Positions 12,101 to 27,100 of a stretch of 64,000 bases of DNA are shown piece by piece. The stretch is from contig NW_019217807.1 in assembly GCF_002571385.2 (NCBI RefSeq), positions 211,596 to 275,595 on the forward strand. Reading direction: 5' to 3'. The translations under genes were made by a program, and so were the position numbers. A model generated the notes under the pieces. It was given only the letters and a program-made list of their open reading frames with translations, was not told the origin of the DNA and did no database searches. Position 1 is the stretch's first letter, and each line of letters starts with the position of its first letter. This stretch comes from Stylophora pistillata (lineage: Eukaryota).

Positions 12101-15100
12101 CCACCACAAACGGGAAACATTCAAACCGCAACAAAGATGTGACATGGTAGTAAAGTTCGTTTTGCAAGACAGAATCAAGTTGAGAGACCGAATCTTCCAC
12201 CAGTAAGTCCGCTTTCAGACTAAGGGTATCTGGTCTGTAGAAAATAATATAAAGAATATTGTTACAGTTACTCCCTTGTGTGGCTGGAATGTTTGTTGGA
12301 AAACAAATAAATGCCTCCTAAGAAGTCCATCTAACCAAAATTCGCTATGCAAGATTGCTATTTTGAGATCATTCTGAAATCAGCGGAGTAGTGGTTGTGA
12401 GGGAACTCAGTGTTTTTGCTCAAACCTCTTCGCCTACTCTTTCACGACTACGTTTCATTGTATCTTCACATCCTCTCGTCATAACCAACCCTTGAAGCCT
12501 AGTTTGAGTGATTCCTGATGTCATACCTCACTACTTGATTGGACCTCCTGCGATTCTCCAATGGTAGGCAAAGGTGCCCTTGAAATAAACGGTGCCTGTC
12601 CCTCTGAAAATATAGGGGAAACAAGCCGAGTAATACTGCGTTATTTTACTCAAGAATGGAATCTGCTTGTCTTCAGTCAGAGACGCGATCAGCTGTGGCA
12701 AGTCTTATAAGCTCGTAGTTTTTTCTCAGGCTACCCGCCCACTATATAATGTTAGTGGTAATGAGACACATGAAATATTACTGGAATGGAATGAAATCGG
12801 AATGAAGTACTTGGCTAGAACTCAGGACTCCACCTACTTTTTGCTTGCCGTTATCTTATTCATTTAACAGACTGAATGATCGCACAGAATGCGCCCAACA
12901 CTGTTATCTTTTACCCTTTTAGCGAGTATACAAGACTCACACATCAATGACTTATGCACAGAAACCGATCTTTGAATTTCGTCGATTTTTTTTTCCAAAT
13001 GGACATTTTTTTTCCATAGCTGGAACTCAGAGGTAAGTGGCTCTCATAATGTACTGAGTGTTACCTTGGGCAAATTTTGATGGCACTGGTGGAATAAAGA
13101 GATCTGATAAAACTTTGAGTTCGATTAACGTAGCGACTTCTGCTGAGTCCTGTAGGGAAATGGAATGACGAAAACATTACCAAAACCATCATCAGTAGCC
13201 GCGCAACAACAAGTTTAGCCCTTTATCTCTCAGAAAAGAATAAAACGTAACCAACAAGAGATGGGAATAGGGCATTTTTGAGATGCAGAAAGCCTCTCTT
13301 TCAAAACGAAGTTGAAAGCAAAGCTTTGATATGAAAATAATTTTCTGTTCGCAGGCAAACATTTTCATTTTCGCAAGAAAGGTTTCGCTCTTAACTTTAC
13401 TCTGAACGAGAGGAATTAAAGAATTCGAAAATGGTCTCTAAACCGTCTTTGGAAACCTTAGGAAAACATAAAAAAAATTAGATCCATTAGTAAGGCAATT
13501 TTTTTTATGCCAGATCTAGTGAGTAGTATATTAGGAACATTTCGAGGACTATTTGTTAAAAGAGAGGAGATTCCCTCCGCCGGCAACGCCGTGGACAGCG
13601 TCGGTTAAAAAAATGAACTGATACTCTAAAGTCATTTAGTTTGTTCCTCATTGTCAAAACTCTCTCGAAACTGAATATGAAGTAGAGCATTAAATTAGAA
13701 ATGTAGAAATTTTAAAAGTTAGCCGACGTCGTTCACCTTCCCCAAACAACGCAAAGTTTAGTCAATTCACGTCGTTGCACTGCAGAGGACGCAAAGAGAT
13801 TTACAACGATTTATAACGCAAGTGCACTGCTATTTTCCTGCTCATTGAACCCGTCACTAAACGAAAGGCTTTTGTTTAGTGACGTTCCCGTTGCTGTTGT
13901 CGTCGTGGTTTTCTTAAACTCCCTCATAATAAGGGTCTGCTCGCAAGCTACAGGTAAGTTTTCATCCCTTCACCCTTTGTGTTTCCCAACAATTGTGACG
14001 TGAAAAATAATTACAATCAAACAACCATATTATCAGAATCAAAAAAAGAGCTTTCACCGGTTTTATCCGATACATAAAAACATTCATAATTATAGTGTTG
14101 GTTCGTTCAAACGCCCACAACACGACAACCGTAGGGTAAAGAGTATTTTTCAAAAGCCATGCCAGTCTAATCTAAAGACAGAATTCTTAAATTGTTTTAC
14201 CTCCATGATTCTTATTTTCTTTCCCCACGAAGACACCAACAGACATCTTTTGTTGTACATCGTATGATACGTCAGGTCTGTTATGGTGTCTTCCTGGCGT
14301 TTCTTAGTGTGTTCATCTGGAAACTTCTTATACAGCTGTCCGCTGCCAAAATCCCACACGTTAATAGAACCTGGTGGGAGAGCAAAAATGAACTGACCTG
14401 TTGGGGCATCCCTAGCCTAGGTGTAGCCGTACCCTCCCCCCCCCCCAGGAGAAACGGAGGGGGGAAGGTACGGCTACAAGTAAGGAACGGTATTCCAATT
14501 TACTGAGTCCAGAAAACATCAAACCTACACGTCTATCAAAACTCAAATAGTAAAGGCTCTATTTTAAGATGCTGGGTAAGAGGGCGGCGGTGTGGCCGAG
14601 TGGTGCGGAGACTGGGCCGGCTTGTAACCTGGTGCTCCCGTGTTCAAGCCCTCGACCCTGCTATTCTCGGTCGTCCCCAGTTCAGACCGGTCTGTCTTAT
14701 GCCAGATGGGATATTTTAATGTGTTGCTACTTAGTTATTCTGCAAATTTGAGGTAAAATAAAGTAATTTTTATTTTCTAGGTTGGGTTGGGAGGCCTATG
14801 GGGTGAACTTGTCGTCCTTAACCCGTCGCACTAGACTGCCATGTTCGTCGAGTAAGGAAGAGTACAAGCTGGTTGATGTCTGTAATTCCAAAGGCACCCG
14901 TCTCCTTAATATACTAAAGTCATACCCACCATTGTAACCTCCAGTGGCAAGCCTGTAACCTGAGCTGTCAACTGCCATGGCTGTAATCTCAGTAGAAGGG
15001 CCGTGGGCATCAGTTACCTGATAAACGAACTGACCAGTCTCCATTTCCCAAACCTGCACGAACAAAAAAAAAAAAAAAAGGGAAAAAAAAAAAGAAGAGA

Positions 15101-18100
15101 AAAGGAAAGAAAAATAAAAAAAAAAGAGTGCAAAAAGAATCAGTCTCCTGCAGATTTTACTTTTTCCTTGCTTTAACGGCCATCGAACCAGCACTAGGGT
15201 AATATTTCAGAAAGGAAATGAAATGTTGATACCTTAAGAATCCCTTCAACACAGCCGCTAATAACCTGGTTCATCTGGGGATTGTACAAAAGCTGCACAA
15301 AAAAAAGAGAAACTCAAAAATTATGCGCTGCATGACAAAACTCATCGCGCGATCAGCTTGACACAATACCACAGATTTCATATAGCATTTAATAGTCCGT
15401 TGAAGTTATTTCAAAATAAGTTTCAGAGGTGATTCCGAATAACATTGGTTTTGCTTTCACTGTCAGGCACTTTGGTCAAGAAAACTCTTGCCACCCGCTT
15501 GACAAATTGTTTGTCGATCGAAAACCAATTGTGCCCTGGAAACTACCGTTTCCTGCGCTTCAGGCCCCGGTTTTTCCAGGGTTGAATAAATCCCTCTCCG
15601 GTAGATGACACAGTACGTTTTGTTAACACTTAACCGCTGGATAGAGATTCATCCGCTGGACTGTATTATTCGCCCTTTGAAGAACTGGCCTTAGAAGTTT
15701 GCTTTGTTTTCTTGGGTATTGATTCTCGAAGTAATCACCGTGGGTTTGGTTTACGATTCTCAATTGCAATGCGCCCTATCCTAACAACACATTTTCAGTG
15801 CGAGATGTTGCCGTAAATCTCCTAAGGGCGCGCAAATCTCGCTTCCTCTCATGAGAAGTGTCACCTCAAAAGCACAATTACAACGAGATACATTTCCCAG
15901 TCAGCCTAAAACCCTTGGCACCTATCATGAGAGGAAGCAAAATAGAAAATTACAAACCTGGCATATTGGTCTGTCATGAGTGTGAGGAACTTGAAGTGCA
16001 TCCTGAATAGCTCGAGTCAGTGGCCAAGTGTCAATAACACTGCAACCTACAGGAGAATTAGGAGGCGTTGTAGCTGAGTAGTTTAGGACGCTAAAAATTT
16101 TAAAGCTAGAGTTCTTTTCCTCCGCTGGCTGACTGATGACTCACAAACTATTAACTGACTAACTGCCTAGCTGACTGACTGACCGAATGACTGACTGACC
16201 CCCCCCCCTCTTACTCTCTTACTAACGAACTAACTAACTAACTAACTGACTAACTGACTAAATGACTGACTTACTGACTGACTGACTGACTATCCGTCTC
16301 ACAGACTGATTAACTAACAAACGAATTTGGTTTTATCAACTAAGTTTATTAAGTAAATTGGCTACCGTAAAGAGTCTAAAAACTGAATTTAGCCATTCGA
16401 AGGGCTAACCCTCGAAACGATAAAACCTACCCTACTACCCCCACCGACGCAGCACCACAGCTTATTTAGAAACTTGCCCCCTTAACTGACAAACTGACTG
16501 ACTACCCCTCTTACTAACTAATTAACCAATCAACTAACTGACAGAATGATTGATTGACGGACTAGCTGACAGAATGACTTACTGACTGATTAACTGACTG
16601 AGTGAATGGCTACCTAACTAGCCGAGCGATAGTGTCATTTACCTGTGATAAGCCTGTCATGTTTGGCATCAAAGAGCATACAGGAGATGCGTTTCTCTCC
16701 CGGCCTAAGTTCATTGTCTGTAAATACCTAACGTGAAAAAAATACACAGAAAAATATATCTGTTCGTCTTGACACAAGCGTACGGTAAAGCATGAGGAGT
16801 CACTCCTCAAACCTTCGCACTCAGATGCTCTATACCTCTGAGCCACAGAATCCTATACGTGAGTGAGGCCCCTAAATGGTTCAAATGCAAAACGCATCCT
16901 GCATGTTGCTGAGATCAGCGATTGAAACCGCCCATTGCGTACATAGAATACAAAGATGGCTTACTTTGAGTTTTGTAGTGACAAAGAGAAAAAAAAATAT
17001 ATGTTTGCGTCTTCTTCCCGAGCTATACCACTACGAGGTTCGCCATTGAGTCTCTGTGGCTCAGTGGTAGAGCCTCGAATTACGGATTCCTAAGGTCTGA
17101 GGTTCAATTCCCATTGGGAACTCGCTTTTTTTTATTCCACTTCCGTGCATTGACGAAAAAAAGATATTTCACTTAGTCATAACCAAGCTCAGATTAGTTA
17201 TCCTCCTTATTCTATTAAAGAGAAGCATATTCAGTGAAACGTTTCACTTAGACTAAACAAGGGGAAAAACTATGGTTCTGAAATAAATGTGTAATTGTAG
17301 GGTTTGGAAAAGGGGCCATGACTTACTTGCAAACAGGACAGTGTTTGGATATCCCACACCCTAAATACCTGAGGAAAAATTGAAATTAAAGTCAGATGCA
17401 GGTTTGCGGAAAAGTGATCCAATTTTTAAAACGAAAGAGGCATTAAACAAAGATGTTTTTGGTTACTAATGAGATTTGAGGTGCTGTTTACAATTCCACG
17501 CCTTGATAAGCTTTCCTTGCCTTATTTGTAGTCTTAATCAACTGATGTAATGATTTTATAAAAGCCTCTGCTATCCAACAAATTTCGACCTAGGAAATCT
17601 TTCAAAAGCCACAAAACAAGTGCAAAGGGACTTAAGATGATTTCCACCTTCGACAGAGTCCTTTGATTTAGAATAATAGTTAAATGTCACAATTCTTTCG
17701 TCTTCTCAAACAACATTGAGACAATGTAACCAAACTGGAAGGTAATGCTTTATGTATAATAGAAGGAGCAAGGGAAAGACAATTACCACAAGGGTACAAA
17801 ATACCAAGTGTTCAAGTGCTTTCCGCTCATTGAGGCTGCGTTCACACTTGAAGCTCGAGCACGGTGCCCGAGTAAGATTCTTGATGGGCACTAAAGTGAA
17901 CACACCTTTTTTTTCAAGTACCCACGCCAGAATTCGGGCACCATGCCCGTGTGCAGGTAAAAGGTCTGAACCGGGCATTGATATATTACTGATAATTTAT
18001 TGAGCCGGGCACTGATTTATCAGGTACCCAGTGTCTGAACACAGCACAGTTTTGTTTCGGTGCCCTGGCACTAATGCTCGGGCACCAAGTGTGAACGCAG

Positions 18101-21100
18101 CCTTATTGTTTCACAACAGTTTCGCGTTAGATGCAAGGCTAAACAAGACGTATGCTAGGGAGCTACTGTATACAAACACAAAACAAAACAATTTTATACC
18201 AAAACAAACAAAAGCAATTTTGACCGATCTAAACAAAGTGAAAATTACGGAATTGATGAAGATAAACCACTAAGTCCTATTCAATTTTAAGACATGGAAT
18301 GAAATAACCAACTTGACCAAGACATTATTACCCTTGCTGTTGATAAACTGATGAGTTGTTGATCCTTCTCATTCACAGCAATGTCGACAATTGTGAACAG
18401 GTGGCCAAGTAATTTTCCTGAATATCAAAATGACTCGCATAAACATTTTGCGATCACCATAAGAAAATGTGTGGAAGTGATAATTATTATCTATTTTCGT
18501 GTTACTCTTAAAGGTTTGAGCTAGTCTGATTGATAAGGAAATCAGAGGGGCTTGTAAGAGAACAAAGCTGATTAGAAAAGGGTGCTCAACAGAGAGGGGG
18601 GTTACTAGAGAACAGGACGTGTTAGAAAGAGGGGATTATCAAACAGGGGGTATCAGGGGTGGGGCTTCAAAGAGAGGAAACTTAACAGAGAGGGGGTTTT
18701 CTTAGATAGCTGGACATGTTGGAAAGAGGGCTTACTAAAGAGGGGGCTACTAGGGGGGGAACTTACTGGAGGGTGGGGTTTATTATGATTAGAGAGGGGG
18801 GCTTAATTTAGAAAGAGGAGGCGTATTTAAGAGAGGGGCTCAAGTTAGAGAAGGGGGTAATAAGAAAGGGGGATAAGGGAAGAAATGGGAATGAGAATGG
18901 CGAAACTGTTAAAGGAAGTCTCGCTGGAGAGAGGGGATGTATAAGAATAAAGGGTCTCATTAGGGCATTTAGGATATCTACATGATTATGAAAATTAGTG
19001 AACGTTTTCAAGTGGCATTTCAACTTTACCTGTTGGTCTTGTGAAAATGAGCGGATGCCAAACTCTTATGACCTTGTCTGCACCTAAAATGGATAATCAA
19101 ATTAAAAAACGAAAGCTACCTCCAACATTTAATTCTAAGCATGAATTGCAACCTGCTCAGGGTTGTATATGAAACTGGCAGCAGCAGAGCTTCTTCATTT
19201 ACTCTTTAGAGAATTTGGGGGAGGGGGGGGAGACATTTCAACAACTGAAATAATACTGGATTTAAAATGCTTCACCCTTAAACTCTCATGAGTGACCAAG
19301 AAAGAATTTCTCCTTACAACATCAATACAATATCAAGCAGACAAGTGATGAGAGTAAAGAAAAATTTCAAATAGGGGATGACTTGTTGATCCAATACCAA
19401 ATTCTCCTTAATTACATCATACTTCTTGTATAGAGTTCCGCAAGGAGAATTACTAATGAGATTTGGTAGTGAGAGGGTTCGGAGAAAAATAGACTTGGTG
19501 GTCTGTTTCTATATAGGGTCAGGGACTTTGTTACAGCTAGATCTTTCCAGTGGCCTGTTTTATTTTAACATTTATCTTTACTCTTTACTTTCATATAGTA
19601 GCCAGTAGCCATTAGATCATAATATATAGATGTGTACACAGTGTACTTACCAGCTGTGATAATGACATTGGCTTTGGAACAGTAATCAAAGCAGTTGACC
19701 CCCTTGGGAACAGCAAGCTCTCTGACTGGACTGGAAATTAGTCAAACAATCCAGCCATTAGACTTGATTCCCGCTCTTGAGGTAGATAAAGAATACTACT
19801 GTTCTGGTGTCTTAATGATAAATTACATTGTTGGATTTTCGCTGAACAAAAGGTAACTGTTATTCTGATTCGTTTTCTCGAACAGACTCTCATTAACACC
19901 AAATTTTCTCTAATATCTCATAAGTCATCATAAGCCCCTGTGTGTTTATCAGGAATAACAGCTCCCCTTAAACATGCTCTGAATTATGTGGATTAGATTA
20001 ATGATACAATGTTTGATTATAAAGAAAGTTACTGCATAAGGAATGTCATTTGTTTTGTCATGCAAAATGTAAAATCTGAATTGGAAGAGTTACACCCCAG
20101 ACCTTTGACACCCTACCACCAAGCAACAGAAAACTCAGTGGATCCAGCGGGAGGGTCTGCAGGGTGTAGACCCCCCCTTCCCATAAGATCTGTGGGTTTT
20201 CTAGCAGTTGTTTGACACCAAAATTCTTGCCAACACTTGATCACAAGATACTACACAATATGAAGTGTTCAATATTCATTTATCTACTAATACTTCTTGG
20301 CTCATTTAGTCCATAGCTTGAAAAAGTCTTGTGTTTCTTGTTGAAAATCAAATTTACCCCCGTATCATGAATTCCTTTATCTCCACTGAATAAGCAATTC
20401 TAAGTTCATAGGTTCATAATGCAAACTGCCAGAATCAGACTTACCAAAAGCAATGCATGACTTAATAATATAAGATAATAGTATTAGTACAATTATGTTA
20501 ATACTGTCAGAAAAGCTGAAACGAAATACAAAAATGTACAACATGTAAATATTATTGGTGGTGTTGAGAAAATCTGTTTGAATATGCTGTATTTTAACGA
20601 GTCCGTAGGGGGAGTCAAAATACAAATAATGAGTAAAAATACTCAGGGATACAACACACCAAAACATCTAATAAGTTATTTATTATCCAACACACCAAAC
20701 TGTTATTTCAGTGTGGGCAAATTTCACAGATAATCATTTATGGGCAGTTCGTGACAGAAGTATGTGAAGAGGAACAGAATTGGCACATTGTGGTGTTGCT
20801 GTTCATATTTTCTTCGATAAATGATGAAATTTCATTGTCGTCTTCCTGCTTTTCTTTGTTCTATTTATCTAATAAACTTGAATCAATATTTGCCAGTCAT
20901 TTTGACTCTTCATTGTCAGAAAAATAATTTAAATTGTCTGCCACTTTTTTTTGTAACTTTAATCCAATTCATCGCCTGCGTTATGCGAGAAAACCTGTCT
21001 AACTGGTTTTCTGGAGTTCAAATACCACATGATATTTGTACTTGTCTTAGGCATTATTTGTACTCTATGGAGTGTAGTTGGATAATAAAGGTATTTACTT

Positions 21101-24100
21101 AAAGCTGTCCATTTGAAAATTAACAAACATACCTGTGGTCCAAGATTTTTTCGATGCCCCCTAAAATAAAAGAACAGTTGCTGCTTGGTGAACAGGATCC
21201 AAACATCTCCAGCTGAGGAAAATACTTTATCTATAGGAGAATGAAGAAAAAAAATACAATGTACATGCTTGTCTTACCATAATTATTACCACTTGACTAG
21301 TTTAGCAACACCATAAGTGTCTTTAGCCATAGAGTAATCAAATATTGATAAAATGACTCAAAACAAACCTTTATCACCCAGTCATCATGGAATTTTCTTC
21401 TCTGTATTGCACTGATAATAAAAAAATATTGAACTGGTTAATCTGGTCTCTTTTCATACAATGGTGTCACTCAGTAGAACTGGTTGCTCCAGGTTTGTAC
21501 GTTTAATACTGGGTAAGTGTTTGGGTAACCATGACAACTAGTGGAGCTTTAGGAACTCCTTACGGTGGCCAATTTACAACTCAGTTGATAAAATCAAATT
21601 CCTTTGATCTTTATTAATTTGATGCCATGGTTCAAAATTCACCATTTTGCACATAAGCTTGGTTATAAGATGTAAAAGGCTGGCTTTGTACATTGTAACA
21701 TATTCATTAGTAGAGAAAATAGAATTATAATATGAAAGAAAGTAACCACATCTTGTGCTATGTTAAATGTTTATGATGTTCTTACTAGGTGAGTTTGTTG
21801 GGTTCAATGGTGACAACCTGAGAATCTGTTTTGCCTGCTGTTGAGTTCTTCATATGAAGGTCTTTTGAAGACACTGTCATCATATTCACATATCCTATGA
21901 TTTAAATAGGAAGAAATGTGAAGATGTTTTTTTTTTAATCTTGAAATTTAATTTTATCTCCATAGAGAGTTAGGGTATGACTATAAACAACCAGTAACCC
22001 TTTGATCCCTTGGGGTGAATTGCATCATTCTAATTTTTTATTTATTTACAAATTATTTCAACCCCAAGTCACACATTAAAGTCACAAAAACAAAGGAAAT
22101 GATCCCCAACTTGGGAAGCTCTTGATTGTTTAACAAATTCTCCTTTTCAGCACCTTAGAAAATGTATAAAGAACAGTACGGAGAATACGCCTATGGATGT
22201 AAGACTTTGTAAAGGGTAAAGGTGGTCAAGTTTAAGCTCAGGACTAGACAATGCTATCATCTTCTACTATGTCTTTGAAACTACTTGACAAGATCAGCAA
22301 AACAGTCTGCCTAACCCTGATCATCTCCAAACAGTATTGTGTCCTCATTCATGGATTCAGTCTTCCACGGAATGTAGATCATGCAATGAGGGGAGTTCTC
22401 CAAAGGCTTGACTTGGTAAATAGTCTAAAGAGGGAGAACCACGGCACATTAGCAAAAAATCCTAAAAAATGCTTATGAAATGGAAGGGGGAGAGAAATGG
22501 ATATAATGAGTGAACATAAAGGTATTGCAAAGTGGCATAGATCTCACCTATCAGTGTTGTGCTAATTTGCTTAAAAATCCCGCCGGAGTTTAGTAACCCA
22601 GAACTGTTATGAACTTATTAGCAATTTTGTTTTTAACCGCATGTGTCGTAAGTTGCTGGTCAGTTTTAGTTTAATTGTTGTGTATTAAAGGTCGTATCTT
22701 AAAAGTTTAGAGTCGCTTTTCGAGTGAAGACACAACAATGTGTACATTTTGTATATGGCTTGGCTACAAGCATGACCTCAAGAAGCAGAACAACAGCATA
22801 GACAAAGCTGATAAAATGAAATAAGAAAGAGCGTTTAAAAGAGGCTACCCTTTGAGACAGTTGTTACTAAAAGCAACCAAAAGCACTGTAATTGAAGGCC
22901 ATATGTGGCTTTCAAAGTCTGCTGGGTGATGCAAGGCCAGAATGCATGATTACCATTACAACCAGGCTGCAGTGGCTAAGAGGGTATTTCAATCTTTTTC
23001 TAAAAACCTTGTAACTGAGTCTGTCTTGAAATCAGATTTACATAGTAAATACACTTGTACCTACCAACTGTTTTCTTTTTGCCCTGTAATCCCATAAAGA
23101 TAATGCTCTCTCTGATGTAACCTGGAAGTTGATTTCAATTTAAAGAGCATTTAAATTAACAGTCAGTTAAAAACAATGTTAATTAGAAATAACAAATCTT
23201 TTCTATTATTTGCTTCTAGTTTCCAGAAATGTTTACTAGCACAACACTTGTAGAGGGCTGAATGGAATGGGGATATTACATGTACAGTACACACAATACA
23301 CTATACATGTCTGTACGGGTAACTGAAATTCTCCCTGTCAGATTATAATATGGTTCTGGTAGACTGCTGCTAGAGGTGTATGTAAAAGCTGGCCTCAGCT
23401 AAGTTAAGTTTCATAGTCTAAATAATGTTAAAGAGAGCGAACACTGAAAACGTGAATTGTGATTGGTATATTACACTGCAAAATCATTGTGAGAAACACC
23501 TTGGCGAGGTTGATTGATTCAAATCTGCTTACAGGGGGTGTGAATAAAAGGAATCAAAGCATTCATCATAACCCTTGAAAGTGTCCACACACACTTAACG
23601 TACTCATGCTCACAGGTAAGTTGACAGTCCCTGGAATGTCAATCCTTGATTCTTGATTCTTGATACTTGATTCTCAATAGTTTAGAGTATCAAGGTTTGA
23701 GTATTGAGTGGAGACTGTCAACTTACTTTTGGGCAGTACTGTACAAGAACATCCACTTTTTATGAAATTTTTATTGAAAGAGTTTGATTTGGAGTTCCAG
23801 CAGGGTGATGCCAATTAAGGCAGTCGCTGATGAAACTGTTTGATTGCATGTGTGTCTGTGAAGAAATCTTCCACTATCGTGCAAGACACCAGAGAAAAAC
23901 CAGTATAAATTCAAATCTGGGAGCTGGTGGGTTGGTACAACTTACTGCTATTCTTCTGAGACTGGGCAAAAATCCACAACCTGTCACCCATGAAGACTCC
24001 TAATGCAGGAAACAAGCCATATGCCAGGCCACAAATACAAACAGTTAATAGCAATTCACCTCAAACAAATCAGTCAAAACAATTGAAGCTGATCAGGAAA

Positions 24101-27100
24101 CTGGACCAAAAAATGATGCAATATCTAAGAAACCACAATTTCCTGATGTTTTAGAATTACAAATAAACCATCTATTTCATACATATTTAAGTATAAATTG
24201 CTAGCCTGTAATAGCCAAATACTAGTTTTTAGAAAGTTTAATTTTCAAGTAGCATGCAACCCTTGAAAAGAAGATATAAGTGCTTATATTGAGCACTGGT
24301 TTCAACTTACATTTAAGTCAACACAGGACTGAAGCCGGAACTGAAAGAATAAAATGTTAAAAACAAGTAAAGTAAAAAGGCTTTTTGATCACTTGCACTT
24401 TTGCTGACAACAAAGGTACATTACAATTACATTACAATTGAGCTGACAGACTCCCAGTTAGCTCAATTGGTTGAGCGCCGGACTGTTGTGTGGGAGGTCG
24501 AGGGTTCAAGCCCCAGCCGGACCAACACTCAGGGTCTTAAAATAAATGAGGACAATGTGCTACCTTCTATAACATCAAGAAATGGATGAAATTCTAGTCT
24601 TCTCAGATAAGGACGAATAAACCGGAGGTCCCGTCTCCTGCATCTATTAATTAGTTAATTTGGTTAGGCAGGGGACATTAAAGAACCCACTCGTGAGATT
24701 ACTGTGATGTGGTGTGACCTGTTTACTGGAAATTGGGGGGAGGAGGCATCTGTTAGATTCGCCTTTAGTTAATTGTAAACTGCATGGCAGTCTGGTCAAG
24801 TCCCCTGCACAGTGTTGTAAAGCGCCATGAGCTTAGGATATGAGTGCTATATAAATAAAGTTATCATATTATTATTATTATTATTATTTATACACCTTTG
24901 TGTGCTGTAATCTTCTAACTCCCCAAGAAGCTTATTTTCACCCATTGCTTCTAAAGGGGGAGGATGGGGGGAAGGGAAAGAGAGCTCGTGAACCACTGGG
25001 TCAGTAGAAGTAACAAAATTATGAGTATTTGGTTTACTATCATAGAAAGACTGAGTCTGTGACATATAAGGGAACCTAAGCAAGGTGACTTTTATTGGCA
25101 CCCTTTGGAGTAACATGCAGAAAAAAGAGCTTCCTTATTGGTTAGAAAGCATGCTAGATGTGGTGACATTCTCTTTAAGTTTGCAATCTGAGGGTAAAGA
25201 AAAAATATTTAATAATTCTTACAGCTTCCCATCAAAGTAGGATATTCATCCTTTAAGTGATCAACATGTAACTTCTCCCAGCTTATAATATCAATACATC
25301 ATTCAGCAAACAGGAAATGGAAATTATACTCAAACATGTCAGGTAGAAATTGTTGTCTTGGTAAAAATTAACACAAAATTCTTGTGACTTATTTAGAAGG
25401 AAATGCATAGCAGCTAGAGAAGAGATTTAACAATCAGACCTTGGCAGTTGAGGGTGGATACAAAATGTTTATATTTCTCAACAAAATTTTGATAAATCCA
25501 GTGAATGTATTGGGGAACAGATCAAAGCCAGATAATCACAAAGTACTGCTAGGCCTTTCAAAATAAAGAGTTGAAAGAGAGTAAATGGTCCCATGATATG
25601 TACATCTTAGCAGCAATTTATAACAAGGGTACATTGTGTACAAGTTAAATGTGGCGAAGCTGACACATTGAAAACAGTTCTACTTTGGAAACAGTATAAC
25701 GCTGGATTGGGAAATAATTGTATACTAAGAAAATGAATAAATAGTCTGTAGTAATGCATACCTTGCTGCTCCATTGGCAAATAATACCTTTCTGGGAGGC
25801 AATGATGTAAAAATCATATTTTGGAACATGAACAATGCACTGCACAACATCACGTCTTTTTTTATCCCCTGTGGAAACAATGCAAATAGTGAAAAACAAG
25901 CCTGGAATTAAACATCTCAAGTCTTGTAACAGTATTCGCAGAAGATCAGCCCTTAATTTGAGAGAAATTAGTAAGTTTAATTCATGTACATCACATTCAT
26001 GACAACAGCAAGAGGCAGGAAAGAGAACTCTGATTTAACTCTCCCTTTTCTTCTACTTCTTCATAAATTCAAGGCAAAAATTGAAACGTGTTTGGCATAC
26101 TTAATGGTTAAATTAACCAAGAAACTGATGAAAGTCCACTCATAGGGGTTTCATTACAAGCCACTTTCAGCAGTCTACCACTGCCTGGAACACCTCTTAC
26201 CGCCCTCTGTTTAGCTTGTGAGCAGGCTATTATGTTTGTGTTTCGCCTTACACCCCTTTTTGAGTACAGTCCCCTATAAAAGTATCCACAACCCATTGTG
26301 GAAAAAGTTACTGAAACCCTGGCATTCATCAATTTCCATGGATGTTTTTTTGAAGGACTTTATCATGGAAAAAAATCACAGCTTTCAAGAAACATCTGGT
26401 CCTCGCAAAATAGATTATGTGAGATTGTGCAAAAAGATGCTACTGCCCGAAGGCCTGTTCATACCTCCTGCCTCTCCTACAGACCGTCTCTTGCTTGTGG
26501 TTATGACTGATGAAGTGTCTTCATTTAATAACAAGTCAGGTACTTCATCTGTTGCACCACCAATGCCAAATAGCTACATAGAGTAAGTTTTCCAATAATT
26601 ATAGAACATTAGTACATGTACAAGAAATGGTATAAAGAGATGCTGTATAGGAGAGTAAAAATTAGTCTCGATCAGAAAATCTATGAGACTATAAATCCTT
26701 GAATAAGTGACTGCATTCTCACAAGTCTGAGATCTGCAGTAGATAAGCGCCCAACCCCCCCTAGGCCATAATATCACACAAGCAGGCCTCCCACATGACC
26801 ATCCACCCCCCAACCTCCTTTACTTACTTAAACTGTAGAGAAACAAGGAAAACCTGTTTCCAGGGCTTGACACTAATGATTGGTAGCCAACTAGCCAAAG
26901 ACTAGTAAAAATTCAGTTTTGGCTAGTGGTTTTCGGTTTCCATTAACCAGTTTGGCTAGTAAACAAACTAGAATTGTCCCAACATCTAAGTTGTCACTAG
27001 CCACTTGGCTAGTAAGTTGAAAAGTTAGTGTTGAGCCCTGGTTTCTATTCAGACAGCTACTTTATTAATAACTTTTTAAGCTTCAACTACAGCAAAGAAG

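Noticed and set aside
11982-12235. ORF with an acceptor-like site inside a WDR64 intron
   Set aside because: Its phase is incompatible with the flanking exons, which join directly in frame (12527 to 11943).
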